Of a stretch of 32,000 nt of DNA, positions 1 through 9,685 are shown piece by piece. Positions within the stretch are counted from its first letter, which is position 1, and every line of letters begins with the position of its first letter. Both the position numbers and the translations under genes were made by a program. The stretch is taken from NCBI RefSeq assembly GCF_000012925.1, contig NC_007517.1:3360001-3392000 (forward strand), in the 5' to 3' direction. Origin of the DNA: Geobacter metallireducens GS-15. Lineage in GTDB: Bacteria > Desulfobacterota > Desulfuromonadia > Geobacterales > Geobacteraceae. Under the pieces are notes generated by a model, which saw only the letters and a program-made list of their open reading frames with translations, searched no databases and was not told where the DNA came from.

Positions 1-278
1 CAATGGTAATCCACGATCTCCACATCAAAGGCGTTGCCATCCTCAAAGCGAAAGCAAAGGCGCCACTGATCGTTGATCCGGATGCTCCACTGTCCTTTGC
101 GGTCACCGCGCAAGACTTCCAGGCGGTTGCCCGGGGGCGAGCGGAGATCTTCGGGCGAGTGGGCGTCATCAAGCATTTGCAGCTTTCGCTCGGCAACCGT
201 AGAGAACGCCTTGAACCGACGCGGGCATTTCCCCTCGAACAAAGCCTGGGTGTCCTTGCAGCGGAATGACTTGATCAT
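1..278 (-). CDS. higB: HigB-type toxin (RelE/ParE superfamily, plasmid maintenance system killer), 92 aa. The stop codon runs off the left window edge
   Basis: My own minus-strand translation from the ATG at 278 gives MIKSFRCKDTQALFEGKCPRRFKAFSTVAERKLQMLDDAHSPEDLRSPPGNRLEVLRGDRKGQWSIRINDQWRLCFRFEDGNAFDVEIVDYH. The length and the C-terminal WRLCFRFEDGNA..VEIVDYH signature are typical of HigB. It is missing from the ORF track because no stop lies inside the window. Confidence 0.75.
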   Translation of the reverse strand, partial: MIKSFRCKDTQALFEGKCPRRFKAFSTVAERKLQMLDDAHSPEDLRSPPGNRLEVLRGDRKGQWSIRINDQWRLCFRFEDGNAFDVEIVDYH

Positions 279-326
279 GGCAAAAAGATATAACGCTCCA
301 CGTTAAACGTCAAGCAGATTTACCCC

Positions 327-2684
327 CTACCTTAGCAGCACCACCGTGGCCCCCTCGCCCCCCTCGAAGGGCTCGCCGGGGCGGAACTCCCGCACCAGGG
401 GATGGCCGTCCAGGTACTCCCGCACCCCCCGCATGAGGGCGCCGGTCCCCTTGCCGTGAACGATCCGCACCTCGCCGTACCCTTCCAGGGATGCATGGTT
501 CAGGAACGGCTCCAGCCGCCCCAGGGCATCGTCCACCCGCAGGCCGATGAGGTTCAGTTCGTGGGGTGTGGACTCCCGGGAAGGGGCGGCGATCTTGGCG
601 GCGGCCCTGGCCTTGGGTTTCTTCCCCCCCTTTTCCCTCGGCGGGGCCACGTCGGCCGCCTCCACCACCAGCTCGAAGGTGCCGGCCCGGACCTTGAGGG
701 TCTCCCCCTTCCGGTCCACGGCGAGGACGGTCACGTCGTGGCCGAGACGCTTCACATGGACCGTGTCCCCCTCGCTGATGGCCTCCAGGGGAACGCGCTC
801 CTCGGGGTGGAACTCCTGGAGCTGCTCCTCCACCCGCGCCTCGGCCTCGTCGATCTTTTTCCGGGCCTCGCGGCTCTTCTCTTTCCGGGCCTCCTCGATG
901 ATGGCGTTCACCTCCCGCCGGGCACTTCGGACAATCTCCTTCGCCTCCTGAAACGCCTTTTCCACCGCCTCCCGCCGCTTCGCCTCGGCCTCGGCCAGCC
1001 GCTCACGGACGATGCGGGCCTTTTCCTCGGCATCCCGCCGCAGTCGCTCCGCCTCGGCCAGGGCCTCCTCGTGGCGCCGGCGCTGGTCCTTCAGCTCGGC
1101 CAGAAGCTCGTGGAACTCGGTCTCCATGCGGGAGAGCATGCCGGTGGCGAACTCCACCACCCGGTCCGGGAGGCCGTAACGGCGGGCGATCTCCAGGGCG
1201 TGGGACTGCCCCGGCTCCCCCTTCTTGAGGCGGTAGAGGGGGGTGAGGGTCGCCCGGTCGAACTCCATGGAGGCGTTCACCATCCCGTCCCGCTTGTGGA
1301 CGAAGCCGACGATGTCGGTGAGGTGGGTCGTGGCGATGACCCGTGCCCCCTTCTCCTGGAGATCGGCCAGGACGGCGCAGGAGATGGCCGCCCCCTGGAC
1401 CGGCTCGGTACCGGTCCCCAGCTCGTCCAGAAGCACCACGGTCCGGTCGTCGGCCCGTTCCAGGATCCCCGCGATGTTGGAGACGTGGGCCGAGAAGGTG
1501 GAGAGGCTCTGCTCGATGGACTGCTCATCGCCGATGTCCACCAGGAGGTCGGAGATGAGGGGGAACGACGAGGTGGATGCGGCCGGTACCGGAAGCCCGG
1601 CCAGGGCCATGAGGTGGAGGAGGCCGGTGGTCTTGAGGGAGATGGTTTTGCCGCCGGCGTTGGGGCCGGTGATGACCATGACCTGCTCAGTCTCCCCGAG
1701 GGAAAGGTCCAGGGGCACGACCCTGCCGGCACCCCGCTCCCGGGCCATGAGGGCCAGGAGGGGATGCCGCCCTTCGTTTACCCGGATGAAGCGGGCGTCG
1801 TTGATCTCGGGGTTTTCGGCGGAGAGGGAATCGGCGAAGGTGGCCACGGCGTTCAGGAGGTCCAGGTGGACCAGGGTCCGGAACTGTTCCGCCAGGGGAT
1901 CGGCCTCGCGGCGAAGCATCCGGCAGATGGCCCGGACGATGCGGATCATCTCGGCCTTCTCCTCGGCCACCAGGTTTTCCAACTCGTTGGCGAGGCCGAT
2001 GATTTCCAATGGTTCCATGAAGGCGGTCTCGCCGGAGTTGGAGACGTCGTGGACCACGCCGGGGACCATCCCCTTGGAGTCCATCCGGACCGGGATCACC
2101 CACCGGCCACCCCGCTGGGTGATGAAGTCGTCCTGGAGGAAGGTGGTGACGCCGGTCTCCCGGACGATCTCGGCCAGCCGCCGCCGGATCCGCTCGGTGA
2201 GGGCGCGCTTTTTCTTGCGCAGGTCGAAGAGGAGCGGCGAGGCGGAGTCGAGGATCTCCCCCTCGCTGTCGATGGACACCTCCAGCTCGTCCAGGATGTC
2301 GGGGAAGCCGGTCACGTGGCCAGCCAACTCCTTCAGGAGCGGGATGTCGGACCGGTAGGCGAACTGTTTGGCGATGGCGGTCATGGTCCGGAGCACCGGA
2401 AAGAGTATCACCAATTCCGTGGGGTCGAGGACCGCACCCTCGGGGCGCACCGCGTCCAGAAGGGCCGAGATGTCGTCGAACGTGGAGAGGGGGATGGCGA
2501 TCCCCTGCTGGGTCATGCGCCGGATCTCGTCCACCTGGCCGAAGCGCCGGGTGATGGCCGACCAATCGTCCAGGGGACGGATCAGGGCGATCTCATCCTG
2601 GGTGGCGGTGCTGTGGCCGTAGCCGCCGACGGCCGCGAGGACCTTGTCGAATTCGAGGGTGCGGAGGGTTTCGTGTCGTATCAT
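327..2684 (-). CDS. mutS2: Endonuclease MutS2 (MutS ATPase core plus C-terminal Smr domain)
   Basis: 799-aa ORF. Walker A GPNAGGKT, the MutS signature STFSAHV and DELGTGTEP, a long coiled coil, and a C-terminal Smr region (LNLIGLRVDDA..VRIVHGKGTGALR). Start trimmed to MIRHETLRTLEFDKVL (ATG at 2684). Confidence 0.9.
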   Translation of the reverse strand: MIRHETLRTLEFDKVLAAVGGYGHSTATQDEIALIRPLDDWSAITRRFGQVDEIRRMTQQGIAIPLSTFDDISALLDAVRPEGAVLDPTELVILFPVLRTMTAIAKQFAYRSDIPLLKELAGHVTGFPDILDELEVSIDSEGEILDSASPLLFDLRKKKRALTERIRRRLAEIVRETGVTTFLQDDFITQRGGRWVIPVRMDSKGMVPGVVHDVSNSGETAFMEPLEIIGLANELENLVAEEKAEMIRIVRAICRMLRREADPLAEQFRTLVHLDLLNAVATFADSLSAENPEINDARFIRVNEGRHPLLALMARERGAGRVVPLDLSLGETEQVMVITGPNAGGKTISLKTTGLLHLMALAGLPVPAASTSSFPLISDLLVDIGDEQSIEQSLSTFSAHVSNIAGILERADDRTVVLLDELGTGTEPVQGAAISCAVLADLQEKGARVIATTHLTDIVGFVHKRDGMVNASMEFDRATLTPLYRLKKGEPGQSHALEIARRYGLPDRVVEFATGMLSRMETEFHELLAELKDQRRRHEEALAEAERLRRDAEEKARIVRERLAEAEAKRREAVEKAFQEAKEIVRSARREVNAIIEEARKEKSREARKKIDEAEARVEEQLQEFHPEERVPLEAISEGDTVHVKRLGHDVTVLAVDRKGETLKVRAGTFELVVEAADVAPPREKGGKKPKARAAAKIAAPSRESTPHELNLIGLRVDDALGRLEPFLNHASLEGYGEVRIVHGKGTGALMRGVREYLDGHPLVREFRPGEPFEGGEGATVVLLR

Positions 2685-2746
2685 CAGAAAAATCCTTAGT
2701 AAAAGGCTTATTGAAACACAGAGCAACCGTGTTCTCAGTCAACAAA

Positions 2747-4004
<1,258 letters not shown>

Positions 4005-4018
4005 AATGGTTTTGGGAC

Positions 4019-4384
4019 TTATTCCTTCTCGTATTTCCCGCTGGCGCGCCGCTTCCGCCGCGCCTTCTGCTTTTTCAGCTTTTCCGCCTTGGGGTCCCGG
4101 AAGCTCTCTCCCTTCTGCAACCGCTCGATCCGCACCAGAATCTCCCGTCGGGCCAGGAACCGGTTCACCGACTGGCTCCGGTCCTTCATGCACTTCACCT
4201 CGATTCCCGTGGGGCGGTGCTTGATCTGGACGCAGGTGGCGGTCTTGTTCACGTGCTGCCCCCCTGCGCCGGAGGAGCGGACGAAGCTCTCTTCCAGGTC
4301 GGCCTCGGCCACCCCCAGCTCCGTCATCTTCTCCCGGAGCCAGCGGTTCTTCTCCTCGCTGACGGCAAAGGTCGGGGTGGCCAT
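4019..4384 (-). CDS. arfB: GGQ-motif peptidyl-tRNA hydrolase, ArfB (YaeJ)-like ribosome rescue factor
   Basis: 121 aa with SGAGGQHVNKT (RF-1 domain GGQ loop) and a basic C-terminal tail KLKKQKARRKRRASGKYEKE, as in ArfB. Confidence 0.7.
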   Translation of the reverse strand: MATPTFAVSEEKNRWLREKMTELGVAEADLEESFVRSSGAGGQHVNKTATCVQIKHRPTGIEVKCMKDRSQSVNRFLARREILVRIERLQKGESFRDPKAEKLKKQKARRKRRASGKYEKE

Positions 4385-4387
4385 GGG

Positions 4388-5317
4388 CTACGCCTCCTCC
4401 ACGTCGTCAAGGTGGTAGAGCCGCCGATGGCGCTGTTCCAGGTAGAGCCTCCCCAGGAGCGGACCGGCCACGGCCACGAGGATCAGCATGCACCCTACGA
4501 GCTCCCGGGGGGTGAGGCGCTCCCCCAGGATAAAGACCCCGGCCAGCATGCTCCAGACCGGGTCAAGGGTGTAGATGAGCCCCGCCTTGGTGGGGGTGGT
4601 GAAGCGCTGGAAGGCGTTCTGGAGCGTGAAACAGATGACCGTGGGGAAGATGGCGCAGTAGGCCAGGGACCACCCCCCGGCCGCGCCGATGGTGAACGCC
4701 GGCCACGGCATGGCAAGGGTGATGGCCGCCCCCGCGAGGGCCACGGTGGAGAACTGCACGAAGGTGACCAGGTAGACGTCCTCATCCCGCAGGACCCGCG
4801 ACACGGTAATGATGTGAATGGCAATGAACACGGCGCAGACCGTGGAGAGGAGGTCACCCCGGTTGAACCCCTCGGCCCCACCGCTGGCCAGTTCCCAGAG
4901 ACCGGCGACCGCCAGGAAAACTCCGGCAAAGGTGATCCGGTCGAGCCGCTCCCGCCAGATCAGGAACGAAATGAGGGGGATGAAGAGGACGAAGAGATTG
5001 TTGAGGTAGCCGGCCCGGGAGATGGTGGTCCCCGAGACCCCCAGGACAAAGGTGAGGTTCACCGCCGCCAGGGCCACCCCCACCATGGCTCCGCGCCGGA
5101 CAATGTCACGGTTCAGGCGGGAAAGCCGCGGGATGCAGATGATCCCCATGAGAAGCGCCGCCAGGGCGAAGCGGAAGAAGAAAAACTGGATTGGGGGAAT
5201 CTCCCGCATTCCGATCTTGTTGAAGAGGAAGCTCCCGCCCCACAGGACCGTGGTGAAGACGAGGATGGCGGTGACCTTCCCCTGGGGCATCGGTGCCGAT
5301 TCGCGCGTGTGTGTCAT
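4388..5317 (-). CDS. DMT-superfamily (EamA-like) membrane transporter
   Basis: 309 aa with about 10 hydrophobic segments and two EamA-like halves (TVLWGGSFLFNK..., PTKAGLIYTLDPVWSMLAGVFILGE). Confidence 0.85.
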   Translation of the reverse strand: MTHTRESAPMPQGKVTAILVFTTVLWGGSFLFNKIGMREIPPIQFFFFRFALAALLMGIICIPRLSRLNRDIVRRGAMVGVALAAVNLTFVLGVSGTTISRAGYLNNLFVLFIPLISFLIWRERLDRITFAGVFLAVAGLWELASGGAEGFNRGDLLSTVCAVFIAIHIITVSRVLRDEDVYLVTFVQFSTVALAGAAITLAMPWPAFTIGAAGGWSLAYCAIFPTVICFTLQNAFQRFTTPTKAGLIYTLDPVWSMLAGVFILGERLTPRELVGCMLILVAVAGPLLGRLYLEQRHRRLYHLDDVEEA

Positions 5318-5456
5318 TGGGTCATTAAAGACCGGGGGGCTGAGGAAGTCAACACGCAGTTTTTACCCTTTTTCCCGGCTCGAATTGCGCATCCCGGCGA
5401 AAGTGTTAGACTTAACAGACTGTATGGGTAACGGATACCTGGAAGGAAAACGAACG

Positions 5457-6086
5457 ATGATCCCCATAACCGATTCCCGCATCGAGGAGTACCTCATGGG
5501 GCTGGCGCCCGAGGATAACCCCAGCCTCCTCGCAATGGAAAGCCGGGCCAAGGCTTTGGGCTTCCCCATCGTTGACCGCCTGGTTGGGCGGTTCCTCTAT
5601 ATCCTCACACGCATCAAGCAGCCTCGGCTCGTGGTGGAACTGGGCTCGGGGTTCGGCTACTCGGCCTGGTGGTTCGCCCGGGCCATCAGCATCACGGGGA
5701 AGGTGGTCATGACCGACTACTCCCCCACCAATATTGCTTATGCCCGGGAAATGTTCCAGGAAAGCGGCCTCAGCGACCGGGTGGAGTTCCGGGTCGGCGA
5801 CGCCCTGAATATCGGCCGCGATTACCGCGACATCGACATCCTCTTCATCGACCTGGACAAGCACCAGTACCGGGAAGCCATGGAGGCCATGATCCCGCAC
5901 CTCGCCCCCCATGCCCTGGTCATCGCCGACAACGTCCTCTGGTACGGCAAGGTGGTGGAGGGAGAGGACGACCCCGAAACCCGCGGCATCCGGGACTTCA
6001 ACGATTTCATGACCGGTAGGAAGGACTTTTTCACCTCCATCCTTCCGCTGCGCGACGGGGTGATGGTCGCCTATCGCCTGTCATAA
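5457..6086 (+). CDS. Class I SAM-dependent O-methyltransferase (caffeoyl-CoA OMT / YrrM-like)
   Basis: VVELGSGFGYSAWW SAM-binding motif, DILFIDLDKHQY, ADNVLWYGKV. Start set at the ATG at 5457, preceded by GGAAGGA. The longer track ORF overlaps the opposite-strand EamA gene. Confidence 0.85.
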   Translation: MIPITDSRIEEYLMGLAPEDNPSLLAMESRAKALGFPIVDRLVGRFLYILTRIKQPRLVVELGSGFGYSAWWFARAISITGKVVMTDYSPTNIAYAREMFQESGLSDRVEFRVGDALNIGRDYRDIDILFIDLDKHQYREAMEAMIPHLAPHALVIADNVLWYGKVVEGEDDPETRGIRDFNDFMTGRKDFFTSILPLRDGVMVAYRLS

Positions 6087-6114
6087 CGCCAGAACGGCAT
6101 CACAAGGGGGAACC

Positions 6115-6528
6115 ATGAAACGAATCGTCACTGCGGCAGTCATCCCGTTCCTCGCCCTCACGGCGGGGTGCGCCACCAAAACATTCGTCCAGGAGCAGAC
6201 CGCCCCCCTGGCGGACCGGATCAGCGGACTGGAAAAGCGGCTGAATACCATCGAAGCCCAGGTTGCCGATCTGTCGAAACGCCCCGTGGCCACACCAGCC
6301 GACCTGGACGCCGTGAAACGCGAAAACGCCGACATTCGCACCCAGGCCCAGCAGTCGGCCCAAAACGCCCAGCAATCGGCGGAAGCGGCCGCCGCCGCTG
6401 CAACCAGGGCCGAGACGGCGGCCACAAAGGCCGATGCGGCCGCAACGAAGGCAGAGGGAGCCGCCCGGCAGGCGGAACAGTCGGCGGGGAAATCAGCGAA
6501 GGCCTTCGAACTCCAGCAGAAAAAATAA
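6115..6528 (+). CDS. Lpp-like coiled-coil/alanine-rich lipoprotein ending in Lys-Lys
   Basis: Signal peptide with lipobox LTAGC, a heptad-like Ala/Gln-rich helix, and the C-terminus ...ELQQKK. Confidence 0.8.
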   Translation: MKRIVTAAVIPFLALTAGCATKTFVQEQTAPLADRISGLEKRLNTIEAQVADLSKRPVATPADLDAVKRENADIRTQAQQSAQNAQQSAEAAAAAATRAETAATKADAAATKAEGAARQAEQSAGKSAKAFELQQKK

Positions 6529-6534
6529 AAGCAT

Positions 6535-6680
6535 TCAATAACACGGAGAAACGGAGAACACGGAGTAAAGTCCGGCACGTGAGTTCAAGGACCATCCGAT
6601 TGTTATCACCTGTGGGGTCGGCAAAAAACTTATTCTATTCTATTGGGTTCTCCGTGCTCTCCGTCTCTCCGTGTTATTCA
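6535..6680. repeat. REP/MITE-like palindromic element, copy B
   Basis: ~34-nt arms AATAACACGGAGAAACGGAGAACACGGAGTAAAG (6537-6570) and its inverted repeat TTCTCCGTGCTCTCCGTCTCTCCGTGTTATT (6648-6678) flank ~77 nt of unrelated spacer. Confidence 0.7.
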
Positions 6681-6706
6681 ACTTCTGTTGTTACCGAATT
6701 AGCGGG

Positions 6707-7609
6707 TCACCGGCCGATGTCGACCGGCACCCCCCGCTTTTCGGCCAGGGCCCGGAAGAGACGCGGGAAATCCACCCGGTCGAGCCTCCCCCGCGCCATG
6801 ATTAGGCGGGTCGCCTCCGCCGCGTAGTCGATCCCGGCTCCCTCATCCCGATGGACCTCGATGAGGAGCCGCCCCTCCTGATCACCCACCTTCACCGGCT
6901 CCCGGACGATGGCTACCGGCGTCCCGAGGGAAACCAGCCGGAAAAGAACGGGGATATCCTCGGGATAGAGCCGGATACAGCCGTGGCTCACGTTACGACC
7001 AACCCCCCATGGCCGGTTGGTGCCGTGAATCATCAGGCCGTCGTCGGTAAGCCGCAGGGCGTGGCTTCCGAGAGGATTGTCGGGTCCCGGGGGAACCACG
7101 GCGGGTAGGCGAGGCCGCTCCTGGCGTATGGAGAGAGGAACGTGCCAGGCGGGATTGGCGCGCTTCTCCGTCACCCGGTAGACGCCGAGGGGGGTCTCCT
7201 TCCCCTCGCTTCCTGTCCCGACCGGAAAGGAGACAATGCGCGGCGTCCCCCCTTCCGGAACGAAGTAGAGGCGAAGTTCGGACAGATTCACCACCAGCCG
7301 TCCCGGCACCACCGCCGCCGGAACCACGTGCCGTCCGGGGATGGTGACGGGGCTGCCCGCGGTTGGGACAAAGGGGTCGAGACCGGGATTGGCCGCCGCA
7401 ATCTCATTGAAACCGAGGTCGTGGCTCCGGGCGACCTCGATGAGCGATTCTCCCTTCCGGGCCTCCTGAAGCGAACTCCGTCCCACCACCTCGGCCGGCC
7501 CCGGAAAGATGGTCGCCCCTGCCAACCGCGCCCCCAGAAGCGCCGCCCACACCAACAGCGCAACCTCCCGGCGCCACCGATTCCCGCCATTGCCCCACGG
7601 TGCCGCCAT
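6707..7609 (-). CDS. L,D-transpeptidase (YkuD domain) with an N-terminal LysM-like domain
   Basis: Catalytic motif HGTNRPWGVGRNVSHGCIRLYPEDI. LysM-like segment GESLIEVARSHDLGFNEIAAANP. N-terminal signal sequence. Confidence 0.85.
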   Translation of the reverse strand: MAAPWGNGGNRWRREVALLVWAALLGARLAGATIFPGPAEVVGRSSLQEARKGESLIEVARSHDLGFNEIAAANPGLDPFVPTAGSPVTIPGRHVVPAAVVPGRLVVNLSELRLYFVPEGGTPRIVSFPVGTGSEGKETPLGVYRVTEKRANPAWHVPLSIRQERPRLPAVVPPGPDNPLGSHALRLTDDGLMIHGTNRPWGVGRNVSHGCIRLYPEDIPVLFRLVSLGTPVAIVREPVKVGDQEGRLLIEVHRDEGAGIDYAAEATRLIMARGRLDRVDFPRLFRALAEKRGVPVDIGR

Positions 7610-7618
7610 GGACCTTTC

Positions 7619-8359
7619 CTACTGCCCGAACACCGTCTTCAGCAGATCCGTGGTCCGGGCCGCCGGGTTCGTCCTGATCTTCTTCTCCTCCGCGGCCACC
7701 ATGGTGAAGAGTCCGTCCAGGGCCTTATTGGTCACGTAATCGTTCAGGTCCAGGGAGGGCTTTCCTCCGAAGGCGGCCAGGGGGAGCGCCTGGTACTTCC
7801 CGACCATATCCTGGAAGGCCTTGACGGTCCCCACCTCTCCCATGGTTTTACCCACGGTCGGCTTGAAGGCGTCGTAGAGCTTGCCGCGTGTCTTCTTCTC
7901 GAAGAAGTCGGTGGCGGCCCGGTCGCCGCCGTTCAGGAGCCCCCGCGCATCCTCCACGCTCATGTCCCGGATGGCGTCGCCGAAGAAGTGCGCAGCCTGG
8001 GGCGCCGCCTTCTCCGCCGCCCGGTTCATGCTCAGAACGAACTCGTCCACCTGCCTCTGGTACCCCACGGTCCCCAGGAGATCGGCCACCTTCTGGATCT
8101 TGTCGGGGAGCATGATCTTGATGAGGCTGTTGCCGAAGTAGCCGTCGGGCTTCGCCACCTCGTTCACGGCCCGCTCGGTGCCGGTGGCAAGTGCCTCCTT
8201 GAGCCCCTTGATGATGGTGGAGTCGTCCAGGCTGCTCCCCATCCCCCCCTGGAGGAGCGGCGCCGCCTGGCGGGTGAGGTCGTCCAGAAATCCTGCCTGG
8301 CTGGGGGATGCGGAGATGATAAGCGAGAGAGAAAGGATGGAGACGAGAATGTAGCGCAT
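7619..8359 (-). CDS. DUF4197-family periplasmic protein
   Basis: Signal peptide, then GLKEALATGTERAV...MNRAAEKAAPQAA...LDLNDYVTNKALDGLFTMVAAEEKKIRTNPAARTTDLLKTVFG, recognised from memory as the DUF4197 pattern. Confidence 0.75.
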   Translation of the reverse strand: MRYILVSILSLSLIISASPSQAGFLDDLTRQAAPLLQGGMGSSLDDSTIIKGLKEALATGTERAVNEVAKPDGYFGNSLIKIMLPDKIQKVADLLGTVGYQRQVDEFVLSMNRAAEKAAPQAAHFFGDAIRDMSVEDARGLLNGGDRAATDFFEKKTRGKLYDAFKPTVGKTMGEVGTVKAFQDMVGKYQALPLAAFGGKPSLDLNDYVTNKALDGLFTMVAAEEKKIRTNPAARTTDLLKTVFGQ

Positions 8360-8490
8360 GGGGCACCTCCCGGTGGTTAATCAGCTTCACTAGGGAAGTA
8401 TGCCCCCGTTTCAGGCCAACGCAAGCGGGAGATAGATTGAGGTTTCGCCACGGGCAGTCCGGTAAGCCGCAGGACCTGGCCCGCAGGAAG

Positions 8491-9519
8491 TTACTTCATG
8501 ACGACCTTGTTCTTGCCGGTGTACTTGGCCTGCATCTGGCACTCGTCGGCCTTGCGGACCAGCTCTTCGAGGGAATGGTCCACGTCGGGGCCGAAAGTCC
8601 CCTGGGCCACACCGATGCTGATGGTGACCGGGACGATCCGGGCAGTCGCCTCCTCCACCTGGACCCTGAGGTTCTCGGCCACGGACTTGAGGGAGGCCGG
8701 CTCCACCGGCGAGAGGTAGACGATGAACTCGTCCCCGTCGTACCGCCCCACCACGTCGGAGCGCCGCAGGTGCGACGTGATGGTGTCGGCCACCACCTGG
8801 AGCACCCGGTCGCCGGTCTGGTGACCGTAATTTTCCCCCAGAAGCTTGAAGTAGTCGATGTCGATGAGCATGATGGCCGCGTTGTTCCCGTTACGCTGGG
8901 CCGCGTAGGCCAAGGGGGAGACGGCCTGGAAGAAGCCGGCCCGGGTGAGGACCCCGGTCAGGGCATCGGTATGGGACTGGACTGCCAGCTGCCGCGCCTC
9001 GTTCCAGAGGCGGAAGAGGGCCTCTCCGAGAAGTTCCGATTCGGCCGTGGCCATGCCGCAGATGCCGATCCCGTCGATGAACCGGCGCAGATACCTACCG
9101 TAGCCCAGGTCGTTGGCATCCTCGCCGGTGACATCCTTGGTCATGCGGCAGAGGCTGGCAAAGGCAGGGTGAAGGAGATAGAGCTGGAGCCGGAAACCAA
9201 GGAGACAGGCGGCCTCGGGAGTGGGCGCCGCCTGGTAGAGCTCGAACTGCTCGTCGATGTTCCGCCCGATCATCTCCAGCTCTTCCCGGGTCTCGGCCGG
9301 CTTGTAGATAACGAGGGGAGCGGCCCCTCCCTCGGAGATGGGGGTGTTGAGGCGCTCGTAGAGAGCGCTGTGGTGGTTGGTTTCAGCGGCCACGGCTTCC
9401 CAGAAGCTCCGGGCATCGTCCCGGACGGCATGGGCGGCAAAGGCCCTGAAGATGGCCGCGGCCTTTTTCTCCAGGGACAGGCACGAGTCAAGGATCTCCT
9501 GCAAAATGTCACACCCCAC
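8491..9519 (-). CDS. Diguanylate-cyclase-family (GGDEF domain) protein with an N-terminal helical sensor domain. The active-site motif reads DGDEF
   Basis: DALTGVLTRAGF...IDIDYFKLLGENYGHQTGDRVL...RRSDVVGRYDGDEFIV, with RxxD I-site RRSD present. Confidence 0.85.
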   Translation of the reverse strand: MGCDILQEILDSCLSLEKKAAAIFRAFAAHAVRDDARSFWEAVAAETNHHSALYERLNTPISEGGAAPLVIYKPAETREELEMIGRNIDEQFELYQAAPTPEAACLLGFRLQLYLLHPAFASLCRMTKDVTGEDANDLGYGRYLRRFIDGIGICGMATAESELLGEALFRLWNEARQLAVQSHTDALTGVLTRAGFFQAVSPLAYAAQRNGNNAAIMLIDIDYFKLLGENYGHQTGDRVLQVVADTITSHLRRSDVVGRYDGDEFIVYLSPVEPASLKSVAENLRVQVEEATARIVPVTISIGVAQGTFGPDVDHSLEELVRKADECQMQAKYTGKNKVVMK

Positions 9520-9685
9520 AGCCGCCTCCTCTCCCCACCCATGGGCAGGGACCGGGTTTTCCTCAGTACAAGGTTGTAAACACTATCACGAAAGACGCCC
9601 GCAATTCCACGCAGTTATTCTTAATAAAACCCATCTATAGAATAAGCATCAATCCCCGTTTGCCCCTGCCGGACTCCGGCATGGC

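Noticed and set aside
402-2699. Very long ORFs antisense to, or out of frame with, clearly identified genes. Examples are 402-2699 (+), 3989-5431 (+), 8437-9579 (+), 9689-10816 (+), 14834-16036 (+), 16139-17854 (+), 16959-18338 (-), 18514-20016 (-), 22145-23932 (-), 30669-31547 (-) and 31246-31995 (-).
   Set aside because: They have Gly/Pro/Arg/Asp-rich low-complexity translations with no domain motifs, typical of shadow ORFs in high-GC DNA. Each overlaps a gene with strong family signatures on the other strand or frame.
9621-9660. ATTCTTAATAA...AATAAGCAT, downstream of polA, resembles ATTCTTAATAATAAGCAT at the ISL3 target site in the integron (29228-29245).
   Set aside because: The matches are only 11 nt plus 9 nt in AT-rich sequence, and no flanking similarity was visible. 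Chance cannot be excluded without a statistical or BLAST check.
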